A stretch of DNA of 61,892 bases, counting the filler, from Choristocarpus tenellus KU-1152 (lineage: Eukaryota > Protista > Phaeophyceae), in the NCBI GenBank assembly GCA_964200185.2. It is 14 parts of 14 records of this genome, joined end to end, with 100 filler letters (N's around TTAATTAATTAA, not from the genome) between each part and the next. Parts side by side here need not be neighbours in the genome. Positions count along the whole stretch, not along the records: positions 23,379 to 26,569 come from CAXNAD020021657.1; positions 26,670 to 30,830 come from CAXNAD020015907.1; positions 30,931 to 33,770 come from CAXNAD020024287.1; positions 33,871 to 36,835 come from CAXNAD020023316.1; positions 36,936 to 40,071 come from CAXNAD020022065.1; 9 more parts are not named here. The stretch is one strand, 5' to 3'. The notes beneath the pieces are model-generated. The model did no database searches and was not told the origin of the DNA. It worked only from the letters and a program-made list of their open reading frames with translations. How positions within the stretch are numbered: the stretch's first letter is position 1; each line of letters starts with the position of its first letter. Shown in pieces: positions 24,040 to 37,999 of the stretch. A program made the translations under genes and the position numbers.

Positions 24040-26081
24040 TGATGATGGCTTTGATGATGGGGCTAGCTCTGTGGCGAGCCACATGCGCGATGACATGTCA
24101 GACTCCACCAGTGTTAGTGGGTATGTGGGGGGTGGGGGGCGAGGAGGAGGCTGGGGAAGGGGGGGTTCTGTTTCAGGAGACCGAGGCGACCTCTTGCCTT
24201 CGCTGGAGGAGAGGCCACTGCCACTGACTGCTCAGGTGAAATTAGCAAGGAATAAGAGTATAGAGCTAGTTGTGCAGGAAATGGAAATATGACAGGATGG
24301 AGGATTGGATACAAAGAACCTTTCACTGTGTAGGAGTGTTAACCACTACTATTCTAGTACTCTGGAGTTACCCTACAAGTATCTGCTCTGGGAAGGCTCA
24401 GAAATCCCTTTGTGAGCCTCCCCAGGTGGAGGTTGTGCCTGTGAACTAGTTTCACAAAACAAGGTTAGCTAGCATATATCTGACCTCAGTCTGTATGGAT
24501 TTTTATGTTGACCTTATATCCCCGCCTCAAGTCCTCCATAAACAGAGTTGCCAGGGGAGCTACTTGTTATCCTGGTAACTAGATTGAGAATAGTGATTAC
24601 ACCCAATTTTATTTTTTTCAGCATTAGGTGACCTTCCTATTCCTAGGAAAACCTTTTTTCAGAAGACAGTATATTGGGGGGTTTTATGCAAAAGGCGTTT
24701 GGACTTTGGATTTTTTTTGTTATTGGTACTGCTGTGCAGTCTGTAGTAGTTCAGTGTCATGTTTTCATTCTCATTAGGGCTGGAAGGTAGACTTGAGTTG
24801 GGTATGTTTTCAAATTGTGGAAGTTGTTGGAGATAGAGTGGTTTAGAGGCAGGGGGACAGCTGTGCTCGTGTAAGGGCGAAGAGAGGTTGACAGGAGAAT
24901 GGATCCCATTGGCTGGATGCAATATCTGCGATATTCTATGGGTGGAATTTTTGCATTTTTATGCCGTGCATCCCATCTCTCTTATTTCTTTTTTTTCTTC
25001 TAAGGAAGAAATATTATTTTTTTTGTTAGCAACTTGGTGTGTGTGCTATTTGGTGCATATGATACGATGCTGTTGTATTGGTGGAAGTGTTGCTCTTCAA
25101 CACACAAAATATACCTCCTCTCTATCAAGGAGGGGCGGGGCCTCTCTTTGTGTGGTGGGATGGAACACCATTTGTATTTCTCTCATGAATTTTCTAGACA
25201 CACAATAAAAGGTACCCTCCAACATGAAGGGACTGAGTGGGGTGGATAGGTAGCTGGCTGGGGTCATTGTTGCACCCTGAGTCCCACCACGGCAAGCTGT
25301 ACAATCTCTTCTAGAATCTATGGGTAGATCCATTCTTTCAAAGTATGTCAAGTGCTCTGGGTTAATGTATGTTTCTTATTTTTTCCAATCTCTTTGAGTA
25401 CCTAGAGGTGGAAGGGAAAGGAGGTGATACAAAAAGATAGTTATTGTGATAGTTGTGAAGTATACACCTCTTCAGGAGTAGCTATTGTTTTAACTATTTC
25501 AATTTTGGTATACTTTTGTTTTACCATACTTTGTTGTGGACCAGGATGCTACGCCAAGAGTTCTTCTCACTGTTTATCCATCCATCCATCCATCCATTTC
25601 AGTATTTGCTGGTGCACTTCTTTCTCATTGAAAAAAGAATAAATATCAAGTCAGGAAAAAGCTCTATGGCTGAATGAAATGGTATGTGGGGTGTACTGCG
25701 TCTTGTTTGTTGATAATTGTCTGAAAAGTCAAGAGGACTACTCAAAGACTCTCTTGGGTAATAGTTGTCTTCAATTGGTTAGTACGGATCGGTCCTTACA
25801 GAACCTTTGTCTACATCCTTTATTATTATTCTTATTTTAAATTGTTCTGTGTGGTCTTTTTTTTGTAGATGCCTTTTTTTTCAAACTATGACTGTGCCAG
25901 CAAACGCCTTCTGAAAGTGAATCCCCCCCTCTCACCCCCCCCCCATTATGGTGTCATGGATTTTGTGCAAAGACCCTTGCAAGAAGCTTGCATGGGGGGA
26001 GTTCACAAGGGGGCAGTGTGCGAGGGGACAGTGTTAATGGAGGGAATGGCGGGGGCAGCATTTATGGTGGCAGTGCCCATG
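24040..26081 (+). CDS. Fragment of a multi-exon gene, Gly/Ser-rich low-complexity protein (unknown)
   Basis: AG/GT-bounded exon-like blocks: 24040-24235 (DDGFDDGASSVASHMRDDMSDSTSVSG...PLTAQ) and ~25973-26081 (TLARSLHGGSSQGGSVRGDSVNGG...|gtaag). Confidence 0.5.
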
Positions 26082-26855
26082 GTAAGAGTTGTTTTGGAGT
26101 GTGATCAAGTACTTGAAACATCATTTTCCACTCCTTTTGTGCTTTTCCTTTCTTTTTTTTCTTGAGTTTGTTTTTTGCGGTTTGCAAAAAAAATTCCAGT
26201 TACTGCCGAATTTTCCGATTCAAGATGATCTCTTAGTTTGTTTCTTTGTGGTGATGGTTATAGTCCTCTGCTGTTACCTGCCCTAAACCATAGTGGTTCT
26301 CCACACCTTGGTGTGTAACTTGCTGCCGTCACCTCTGTCCAAGACCTTTGTATCTCATTTGCTCTCACCTCTTCCCTTCAACAGTTTGTAATCGTTGTTT
26401 TTTTGAAGTGTCATAGGTGGTAACGACTTGTTGTAAAATTTAAAATTTGCTACTTCTTCCCGTTTAGTTTTTTTTTTGCTTTTTTCAAGAATCTCCTACA
26501 CTTTTTTTTTTGCCTCGAGGGAACTTTTCATTCGAATGGACAGCTCAATTTTTTTTTTTTTTTTTTTTTNNNNNNNNNNNNNNNNNNNNNNNNNNNNNNN
26601 NNNNNNNNNNNNNTTAATTAATTAANNNNNNNNNNNNNNNNNNNNNNNNNNNNNNNNNNNNNNNNNNNNCCCTCCATATTTTCCCTTTCCCCTTGCCTCC
26701 AATGACCTTTGTCCTCTCCCCCTTTTCTCCCTCACCAGTTCTGCCATTGTCTGGGGGTGGGGGCGGGTGGACAAACACCTCCAGTCCAGACACTATTTTG
26801 CGTGATATCCCTGACCCTAGCCTAACCCAAAGTTAGATTTTGTGTACTGCAGTAC

Positions 26856-29800
26856 CTGGAAACAAGAGCTAGCACATGACAGACTCCCCACTCATTGAAG
26901 GACTCCAACCGCTCCAGGAGGTGCTGAACAATGGCACGGTTAATGGCCATGCCACCCTCCTCTGCCATGATCTCATTGAGAACAACAATGCAATTTGCCA
27001 CAACCTACCGGTGTAGCAATCAACAAAACAAAAAATGCCGTCATTATAATCACCAGTAGGAAGGTGGCAAGAGCAAGAGAGGGAGGGAGGTGTCTTCTAC
27101 CCCCTTAATGTCCACTCTAAGTACCGCTCTTCACCCAGCTCTTCCCACTAACCATGATCTCGTTTCCCCTCCATCCTTCCCCAAGCAAAAAATACTCGCA
27201 TTCCACCAAACAAACACACCACACCAAACAAACACACGCGCACAACACATTGTCGTACGTATGGTTGTATACATACTCAACGCTTAAGAGTGCACACCTC
27301 CTAAAACAGAACACTCAACCCTAACATTACCCTGGAACATTCTCCCCTACCAGGCCTACAACAGCTCTCATCCATGACAATAAGGCCCCTTATCCAGAAC
27401 AAGATTTGGATCGGTTTGCTCATATACAATTTAAGTGACCCACTTACATAATATTGTAATTTCCCACATTCATGTTTTCAAGCAGAACGCGATGGGTGGG
27501 ATAGACCTGTCAGATAGAGGAAGAAATATTGCAAAAAGGAAAAAAAATACATTGTGCTGGCCCATAATGCCCATGATGCCCGTAGTCCAGCAGCTCTTCA
27601 GCCCATCTATTCTATATCTCACCCTTTTCCCAGCGAACAATACTGCTCATTTACTCCATAACATTGTCCTGGAGAACATTTGTGGTCACTTGTTCTATAA
27701 CGTGTGCCCTTTGGCAATTGTTTGAGCCTTTTCAGTCCGTGACATACATTGTCTGGGACATAACTCATGGCTATTTGTTCACTAACGCCCATTATGTGGA
27801 TAACGCTCAGTCTTGTATCGAGCTAAACTGTTCATGGTTCTCTGCGAGTTTTCCAATCTTGGAGGGGTGGAAAAGCACCAAAAAAGTGTGCCCTTTACTC
27901 TACATCTCCTATTGTATGCATTGTGAACTCAGCAGCATTCCAGGATCTGTGCCTAACTGATGTGTGAGGCCATCTGATTAATGTATCAAACCTACTAGCA
28001 GAAGCCACTCACAGGTACTAAAACACACAACCACATTGACTTCATTCAAAGTATCCACCATACTAACACATCTCCCTCACCTGTGTGTCTACATCCTGCA
28101 GCATGTTGTAGAGAGTGTCTACCATATTCCCCTCTTTAATAGCTTCAGGCCACAGGTGCCAAAGCTTTAGGATGCCCATCACACCAGTTTTTCTAACGTA
28201 TGCATTGGCATCTGTCAGGCTCGCCTGGAGGGGATCAGAGATGTACTCTAATGTAGCAGGGAGGTGAAGCGAGCACAGGGACCGAAGTGCTAGTCCTCGT
28301 ACCATAGGGTCCTGGTTTTTGCTGTTAAGACAAAAAGTTCAGGTTCAATTAGAGAATCTTAAAGTATAAGATTTTTCATAACAGCAGGAGCACACTACAA
28401 GTATGGTAATTGAGCACAGGGACTGAAGCGCCAGTCCTCATACCATAGGGTCCTGATTTTTGCTGTTAACAACCAATGAGTGACAATAAGATGCTGAAGG
28501 TCATTTTTTTGGCAGAGCCAACAAGGTGGAAGGTTAGGGTATATATGATGGAGGGTCCTGCCCATCAGAAACACATATATATACACATGTGGACGTGTAG
28601 TGTAGATCTCAGTCAGCACTTCTAAAATGTCAAAAATATATTGTATCAGGTGTTTCAGCATTACTGAGATCCACAATACACACACAAATATTTCTTGCAA
28701 CAAATACGCCTGTATGTCAAGTTGACAATCATTATCCAATTTATGTTTCAATATTACAATACTTGTGATTCAATATAGGAAGAAAATCCAGGAGAGTAAC
28801 ATCAAAGATTGAGAGCAGGAGATCAAGGGTCTCACAAGGGAGATTTTAACATCTTTGGGACAAGTGACTGAGTAAATAGAGCCAAATTTTCTTAGAGGGT
28901 GGAGCCGTGTCCATTTAGGGGCCAAAATTCATTGTTGCGATTTTGGTGTAATTTGGACTATCATATCTGTTAGGAAGTGTAAATATCCATGTTCAGGAAA
29001 CACCCTTTCATAACGTCTACATTTTACCTACTCCGAAATATTTTGGAGTAGGAAATGTCATGAATAAAGCCTTGTGAAGCCAAGTCCCAAAGGGACAAAC
29101 AGGGCAAAACTCCTTCCCTCTAAGATACTGTCGCTCATACTGTACTATGTAGCAAGTCATCCTGTACAATAAACCAATGCATTGATGGTGGTTGTGGCAA
29201 GCACTTTGTCAGCAGAGTACTGCGTCTATATATCCATAGTGAGCAATTGCTGTTCCAGTATATGTGCTCACCAGTCTCTTTGCAGGGTGTTGATGCACAT
29301 GATGGCTAAGTCTGGCTTCTGCCTGGCATAGGTGCACAGGTACAGATAGACCATCTTCTTCACAACCAGATCGCGCGTCTCTATGGCCATGATCATCTCA
29401 GTAAAGAGCCGACTCACATCTATCCCAAGGGTCATGTAGGCAATTACCTTTAGTGTTTCGTGGGGAGCGGGAGAGTACAAGGAAGAGGAAGGTACATGAC
29501 ACAACCCCGATTTTGGAGGGCTGTTACAATTTCGTGAGGATTCGAAGCAGCACACTAAGAAAGTTACAAATAGACGGGTGTTGAAAGGAATTACTACATT
29601 AGAATATAAACTGGTGGGGTATTGGGAAAGTAATCGATGGAGGGAAAATCTCCGCACCCTATGCACTACCTGCATGAGGAATGTCATCAGCTATGACTTG
29701 CTACAAAGGGAGAGGCGAAGTCTATATATATACAACTATTACACGAGGGCAGAAGCAACATCATCTTGGTCGAAGCAAGCTCGAACTGTCGGTCTTTTTC

Positions 29801-30464
29801 ACACCTTCTTTATTACATCGCGCTTTTTCTTGTTGTCCCTCTCCGTACCCACATTACGAAGAAGCTGCGGAAATGTGGTAAAGGAGTGCTGATATTTGTT
29901 GGACGTGGTTGAAAACCAAGGTGCATATATTGTGAGCATCGATGTAGCGATGGAAGGATGAAGAGAATTAAATACTCATTTGGTGTGAGATTTATCACGA
30001 GCGCTAGACACGGTGGCAAAAACACAGTAGGTAGGAAGGAGACTTGACGACGTTGGATGATGGATTCGCTTGTGAAATACAACAGGAAAACGTTTAAAGT
30101 CATAAGCTCTGTGCTCGTTTAGTGTAATCTAATATATGGGAGTCTAGTCCGGCAATTGCAACCCTTTGCTGACGCCCAACCATCGGAGTCATATATACCT
30201 ACGACTGCCCAACTATGAAGCAGGAATCCTTTGTCCCCCAATTTTGTGATCGCGCAATGATACCCGAACACCATTTTTACAAAGCAATCTCGCTTCCTCC
30301 TCTGCAACCCAATTGAAAATATTTCTGCCTTTGAGTGGGAAAGAGGGCCTACAACAAAACATCGGCGGCACCTGCTTCAATTCATTGATCTCGCCCTTCT
30401 TCTGGTCTACGAAGTACGGTTGTCCTTTCGCCACTGTAGCTACTCCTTGTTGCGGTCCCGCCAT
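26856..30464 (-). CDS. AP4B1: AP-4 complex subunit beta (beta-adaptin-like), first five exons
   Basis: Phase-compatible GT-AG exons: 30464-30372 (MAGP...KKGEINELKQ), 29864-29805 (LLRNVGTERDNKKKRDVIKK), 29447-29272 (VIAYMTLGIDVSRLF...KKMVYLYL...INTLQRD), 28321-28081 (NQDPMVRGLALRSLCSL...), 27004-26856 (VVANCIVVLNEI...FNEWG). RGLALRSLCSL favours beta-4 over beta-1/2. Confidence 0.92.
28412..28470 (-). repeat. Intronic partial duplicate of the AP4B1 exon-4 acceptor and first ~50 nt
   Basis: ttaacagCAAAAATCAGGACCCTATGGTATGAGGACTGGCGCTTCAGTCCCTGTGCTC versus the true exon ttaacagCAAAAACCAGGACCCTATGGTACGAGGACTAGCACTTCGGTCCCTGTGCTC; in-frame CGA>TGA. Confidence 0.9.
28879..29136 (+). mobile_element. 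MITE type A, copy 6 (in AP4B1 intron 3)
   Basis: Same TIR and internal sequence; 3-bp TSD ATA. Confidence 0.9.
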
Positions 30465-30961
30465 GATAATCTGCGTTCGACTCCTGATCGCGATCAATCC
30501 CCACAAATGGGATATATGACATTCAAGGTGGGGTACTGTTGGACGCTGAGTCCGTTAAGAGGGGGGATTCCTATAGCAGTGATATTATAGTAGAGTTCTC
30601 ACCAAAATGTATGTGACACTGCGCGCGATAATGCGCACGGGTAAACAATGTTCCGCAAAAAGAAAATAAACTAGGAATGGGTAGATGTGATAGTCACCTT
30701 TCTTTGAAGGTACACTTTAACCAATCGATGTGACAGTCACTCAGTGTCTTTGTTTGTATGTGTGGAAAGCATGTTTGTCTGTTATTATACCGTTATTGCC
30801 GTATGCTATATACCGTTATACCGTGGTACCNNNNNNNNNNNNNNNNNNNNNNNNNNNNNNNNNNNNNNNNNNNNTTAATTAATTAANNNNNNNNNNNNNN
30901 NNNNNNNNNNNNNNNNNNNNNNNNNNNNNNTTTTGTTGTTTTTTTTTTTTTTGTTGATCGT

Positions 30962-31012
<51 letters not shown>

Positions 31013-31163
31013 CTACACCACACTGTCCATTTTGGGGCAAAATCAGGAGAAGTACATTTACGTTATCCATCCGACGTATGTAACCAAATCAACCAAATAT
31101 CGCGACATGAAAAACTTGACCCCAAATGGACAGTCGCCACCCCCTCCCCAGATACTTTGAGCC
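30962..31163 (-). mobile_element. MITE type B with long G-tract
   Basis: Reverse complement of type B; ends CCAGATACTTTGAGCC. Confidence 0.85.
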
Positions 31164-33870
31164 TGACAGTGGGCTAAATTCGTACCAAGGGTTGTCCTTA
31201 CAACCGAAAGTATAGATGAGTTATTCCACGTTGTTGTTCCTTCTCACTTGTTACCACTACTGTTAAGAAATATTATTATGCTCGAGGAAATGAACCCTGA
31301 AGGTTTTCCTCAATGGTTTGCACTATAGAGGTCTACTAGTAGGGCAAAGCGATGGGATCTGAGCTATACTATCCTGTATAACATACGAGGAGATGAGTTC
31401 TGGATAACATCAGTGATGATTGGGAAAGGGGCCCAGAGCATGTATTTCATCCAGGATAACACTAGCCATTACACAACAGAACCGCAAGATATACAATAAT
31501 AGAGGAAGTAGTCCAAGTTTAACAGGGTGATGGTGATATTGAGCACTACATTTATGAAGGCCTGCCTCCAGCACAAAGTGTCCCCTGTTGTCGTGATGAT
31601 GCCAACCCTACTTTCAACAAAGAAGACTGGTGGGTGGAGCCAGCTGTGGGTTAATTTGGGGTTGAGGGCCTACCAGTGCATCGTGGCAAGGGGATATCAC
31701 CTTTGGTGAGGGTCACTTCTACAGTGTTACTGCTAGTGCTTGAGTTGGCCATAGAGGTATCTACATGTGTCACATGATAGTTGATATTTGTTCTCTCTGA
31801 CTGAGTGACTTACACCAGTTCAACAACAACATTGCAACAGGAGTAGAAGCAGTCAAATATCAAAACTCCCTACTTGCTTCTCTTAGTGGTGTTACTTTTC
31901 TTAAGTCAAGTAAGCCAGTGTGCAGGTAGCATTACACAATAATATATTGTCAAATTGTTCGTTATACCTTTCGGGTAGGGGAATTGTCACACAGACTATC
32001 GATATTCTGTATAGTAGCATAATTATGTAGTACGTACCACATACTAACTGTCGTCCAACATATACCCTCTTCACTACCACCCCCATCCATCTTGCCATTT
32101 ACACATAATATGCACATACACCCTATATACAGCCCAAAGGAAGGGATAGGACATGTCTTCACAGTCATAACTAGGCATCTACCTGTTGTTGCCAGTGGCA
32201 CCGCCTTTTTGGGGTAGGCATTAATGGCGTTCCTCAACTTGTTCAAGGTGTAACAGGCAAGATTGCTCTCAGTAACGACACAAGGCGCTGGGCCGACTCT
32301 GGGGCAATCCCTGCTGGGTCAGAAGATTATCTTTTTTCCAGGGTTGCTACTCACTCAATCAACGACCTCAAAGTACCATATACTGTGTAGGAAAGAGAGG
32401 TATAGGCATGGCAAAACACGACAAGACAGAGCTATATATAGTGGTAGCTGCTCTTTCTCATTCCTTATCCGGTAGGAAGGGGTCGGTATGAATCAGCTAT
32501 GGAGATCTGGTACACAAGAACAACAGGGTGAAACCTTGACTCCCTTGAATGATGCATCCAATCACTATTATGCTGCTGTAGCTGTACTTTATGCAAAAGG
32601 AGACTGAAGACATGTATATATCCCCATTACTACAGTGTCTTGTGTGTATGTGACAACTGGGACCAGGTATGGTCCACTCTCACATAACCGCCATAGAACC
32701 AACAGTAGCTGGCTCCTCAAGGGAAAGTCCATCCCTCCGTCCCTAGTACACTACGACGGCTTACCTCACATACAACCAAAGACACCTCCACAAGTATGAT
32801 GAACATAGAAGTAGGCTAACTGTACGTGTGTGTGTGTGTGAGTGCATGACACTCTTCAATTCACACCACCTTTCTCGCTCATCCTTTTTTCTCAACCACC
32901 CACTAGACAAACACACCCTGTTCAAATTGCAAAATAAAAATACAGCACTATGATTACTTACATCACTATTATATAATATAACCTTAACCCGGTATGACAC
33001 ACGAACAGCAACAACGGGTGAACGCATCCAAGTAACTAGGAATACCAAATGGTCACCTATCTCCCTCCCAGCACTGTGTCAACATCCAAGTCCAGTCACT
33101 GGCCTATTACTTTCCTTGAGGAACTACTTCCTCAACATTCAAAACATAGACCAAAAACAGATACAGCCATAAACGCCATCCAATAACAAAGCAAGCAAAC
33201 AAATACAGGTTAAAAATCTTCCCATCCATCGGGAGGGGGAATGTCCAACAACTTTTTTGCAGGGGAGGAGGGAATAGGCGCTCCAACTTGGGTCTTCTTC
33301 TTTAGGTCACGCTTTGCCCTTAGACAGATTCAAAAGGGCGATATCAAATGGGAAGGTGGGGTTAGAGAGGGTGGTCCTTGTTATGGACATGGTGGCCTAA
33401 AGGGATGCATCCATGCAGTAAAAAAGGAAATAAGATTGTGGCAGTACAGCTTGAGTAATGGTTGTGACTGGGGTTGAGGGGAGCCTGTGTATGTGTGTGT
33501 GTGTGTTAAGAAGGGAAAATGCTCGAACTACCTATTTCTTACTATGAACAGGGAGAGACCAAGCCAACAAGACAAGCCTGTTTGAATCAGTCATCGCATT
33601 ATGCTCGTTTCGAAGAACTGTACCACTGCATTTCACCCACCACTCAGCACATTTCAAAACCTGGAAGGCGACTGACTATAAAAAAAATACTTAAACACCC
33701 AGCCCGATATACCCCCTTCCTCTCCCTCCCTCCCCCAAACCACCTACAATACCAAACACAGAACCCCCCCNNNNNNNNNNNNNNNNNNNNNNNNNNNNNN
33801 NNNNNNNNNNNNNNTTAATTAATTAANNNNNNNNNNNNNNNNNNNNNNNNNNNNNNNNNNNNNNNNNNNN

Positions 33871-33890
33871 CCCCCAAGATACTTTGACCC
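33871..33890. mobile_element. MITE terminus at contig start
   Basis: CCCCCAAGATACTTTGACCC. Confidence 0.65.
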
Positions 33891-36800
33891 CGAACGCGTT
33901 CCCTGCGGCTGCTACGGCATTCAGTAGAGTGGCCACGGTTGCGCCCAGGCATGTCTGTAAGCTGGGGAATAAAAGAATGACACGACACACGAAAACAGAT
34001 CGGGAATGTGAGTGTATGAATGGCGGAAAATGACTACCTAAACAACTCTTGACCACGGCAGTCAGGGACCACTCGTGTGTGACTGGAAGTGTATGACGCC
34101 TCCCTTGGGGTCACAGATGTCATTGCCCAGGACCTTCCTCCAAGTTAGGAGGTGATGTGAGCGCTCCAAGACTACCTAAGGAGACGACGATGCTAAGCAG
34201 AAGAGAATCCCGTAGATGGTGAAAACGTCTCCAAAACCATGCATGAAGACCACAAAACCAAGTAGGAGAAAGAGAAAAATCCAGGCTATTGTAGGGTGCT
34301 ACCAAGAATCTTAAATGCCGAGGTGAATGCCGAGTACTCTCTCCAGTTTGAAAAGAGGCAGTAGGACCTCCATGTTAAAGGCATGCTCCAATTCACAGGT
34401 TAACGAACGTCAGCTCAGCAGGACAGGGGTACTCTCAAATGAATCAATTAGCACAAGAAATGTATGTTTTTTAATATCAGATTGAGAGTGCTATAGGTGG
34501 GGTCTCTAGGTCAGAAGAACTGAGCTGTTTGCAGCCGTTTTTAGGATCTCTTATCATCATTTATTGTTGGGGCTTCTTTGGTTTACAGACAATTGGAATA
34601 TATCTGAGAACCCTTGCGACTTTCCCGAGTTACAGATTTTATTCTGCAACTTTTTAGCAAATCGGAGTTCCCCCNNNNNNNNNNCCTTTTGGGGCTCCCC
34701 ACGCGCGTACACTGCTTGTGTCGGTTAAAGCGTGGGAAGAAATACTCGCGCTATTCGCCTGTAACACAGTTGCTTGTGTTTTTAGTTCTGAAGGGAGAGA
34801 GTCTATGGTAGTACCCAAGTTCAATGTTACAATGGTTTTATGTCTGTATTTGTGCCTATAAGCTTTGAAGGGGTGGAGTCTTTTTAGATAGTACCCTGTT
34901 TTTGATATGTGTGTGAGACTCTGGTATAGGAGGTGTTCTCTTGAGCGTTGAGTCAGATGCAGAGTGAGTGCTGTGAGGGGCGAGTGTCACGCTAGCATAT
35001 CTGTCGTCATGGCAAACGTTGGAAGGGGGTTTTCCCTCCAGGTTTCTTCCTCCGCTGGATCCCCAACGCTGCCAACGGATATGGTAGGACCTGGAAGTGG
35101 CATTCATTTCATTTCTGTTACTTTTATGTTGATAGGATATGGAGTGACATATATCCTTGTCCAAGCGCCTGTTTTTCGCATTGAAGCAGATATGCTTCAT
35201 GCTAGGGGGGCATGTTACAGATGATATGTCTTGATGGTGGTTTCATAATGATGTCTAAGATTTTATATATTTGTACTTCTTGACTATATATTTATTATTT
35301 GGTCATTACCATGCCCCCAGGGGGTACATGGTTGCCACTTCCTTTTATATGATAATTTTTACCTATGCATGGATTATTCCGGCAGACTCGATGACTTGGG
35401 TATCAGGAGTCCTGTATGTGCATCAGCATCATCTGTAGGCTTGTGGACTGGAGCTATACATCCCGTGGAGGTAAGCTATGGAGCGTGCAGTAACACTTCC
35501 ACCTCCACCGTTCTTCTCTTCTCTGTTTCCACTCCTCCCCGTATCAGCAGATTTTCCCAATCACTGACACAAAGCGGTCAAAAGCTGTCTGGCACCTCAC
35601 AGTCTTCTTTGCTGATTGGTCTCCTCAACTCCCCTTTGAGAATGTACTCCTTTATGCCAAATGCTGTCAGGTTGGTCGGTTGTTCCGCCACTGCCTCTAT
35701 TACGTCAGATTTCTCGTCAACGATCCTTTGTAATTCTCATGTGTGGAACCCACGTCCCCTGCTTTGATACAAATGGTGATGTACCCTACCAGGACGAAGT
35801 ATCTGCTGACATTGGTTCTCTTCCATACTTGAATCATCGTTTTCTTCTTCATCCTTTCCGTCAACGATGATGAGAACGCTTCCATCCCTCTCCCTCCTTT
35901 GTAGTTCTGTCTCCCCACCCCTTAATGGGCTCATGTCATGTTGGAACGGTGGACTTAGCTGATTTGCTCCTCCCTAATACGATCATAATGTGATTCATTC
36001 CTTTTGTTAATTCGACACATCTTTGGGCAGGGCACGTATTTCTTTTTTATTATCCTGACCCTTCTTCCCTTCTTCTTCCTCTTCTTCCTCTTCTCCCCTT
36101 TTCTCTCCCTCACTCTCGTCGCTGGTGCCCATGTCTATTCTGGCTCGCTCGATCTCTTTTCGAACTCTTCTTGACACCATTTCTTCCCTCTGGTCCCCCT
36201 CCCCCCTCATCCCTTTTTCTTCTCCCACTCCTCCACCTCTCCCTTCCTCCTTCTCACCTCTTTTCTTGTCCGTTCTCCCCATAAATCCATCCTCCATCGA
36301 AGTACGTTTCTTGGACTCCTTTTCCCTTTATTCCGCCATGAAAGATTGTTCAGAGGTTGCCTTGTTTTAATCTTACATGTCCTGTCCCACCAACCTCAAA
36401 ATTTCCCTGTGTTTTGATCCATCCCTTCCTACCTTATGGTTCCACCGACCACCTATTTCCTTCAACTTCTCTCTCCTACCTCTTCTATCTCCTAAGAAAC
36501 CAGAATTTAACTCTTCGTCCACCCTCTTCCCAGAATTTTCCAGATATTGAAAACTCACATAACTCCATTAACTTCATTTTTCGATATCGTTGGAAAGAAA
36601 AATGATAATGAGTATTATTATATCAAGAACAAACTGTGAAAAAGCTTGTGAGATCTAAGACAATGGATGAAGGAAACGTCATACGAGATAGCGTTTTTGG
36701 ACTGTGAAACAACAATTGGTGGAACAACACTTTTGATATTTGGCGGAATAAATCGTCAGAATTGGTGTAAATGTGAATCGTGTGATTCTGTGGCGGCGTG

Positions 36801-37999
36801 GTTCACTCAGGCAAGGGTGGTGAAAAGAATCACCGNNNNNNNNNNNNNNNNNNNNNNNNNNNNNNNNNNNNNNNNNNNNTTAATTAATTAANNNNNNNNN
36901 NNNNNNNNNNNNNNNNNNNNNNNNNNNNNNNNNNNGGAGTTGAGTTGTACATCCTGGAAGGTGAGCATTGAGGGGCGCCTGTAACAGAAGAGGGCATGTG
37001 TAATGGGTAAGACAATATGGGAAATATCATTCTAAAGTTTCTTCTTGAAGTAGTATTTGCCTCACTTCAGTCTGGGAGTAGGAACCACTACCTTGACCCT
37101 ACCAACTAGCCCCAACCTGTGGACATGAGCACTACACACTGAAATAACTGTTATTAACCAAGAACTAGCTGCTACGCTACGACTAATTGCGCTGCCCTGT
37201 GCGTGGATGATTCAGTGTCGAGTTGACTCAAAGTGATGCGACAATTCAACGCCTCAGTGCTAAAGTTTGTATGGTGCAGTTGGTGCCGAAGAAGGCAGTC
37301 CCAATAGTATATACTGTACCACTGACTTTGATTATTTGACTTCAAGTGCATTTTCACAGGAATATAAACAACTGACAATAGTCACTTAGGTGGGACTTGC
37401 CTCATGCAAATAATCAGGACCCTAAATATAGCTTCTAGGTTGCAACGACCTGCTTGATATAAACTTGCTCAATATTACAGCGACCAAACTAGAAACGGTC
37501 GATCCCATGGAGTCAACACTAAAAAACTGCTCATTAGATGCTTTGCATTTTTCTCATGTGTTGGGTTCAGTCAAACCACCATTCGTCATTCCTCCTCCTC
37601 CCTTGAATATTGTGCAGTGCTGGCCTGCCTGCAGTGAAACCTTTGCCATTACAATTAAGGTTTTCTGTGTTCCCTTTTGTGGTTAAGTGTCAGGCAGGAG
37701 GGTACAGGTGTACCTTTTCCTAATGATTGCCACATGGTCCATTTATACTATAATTCCTTTGAAAAAATGTTTGACCTCCACAGGTATCAAATGTGCGTAT
37801 TCCAGTGAAGGAACCTCGAAGAAAGTAGTGAGTGATCACTGAAGTGTAGCTTTTATGGTTTCCCTTGGTGATGGCGGAGCACTGTGGCTGCTGGTTGGTA
37901 GATTTTCTCCTTGTTTTTTTCTATCCCCAGTGATCAGGAAGGAACCCGTGCCTTACGTTTATGTTGCTGGTGGACCCCACATCCTCCACATAGTCAAAC

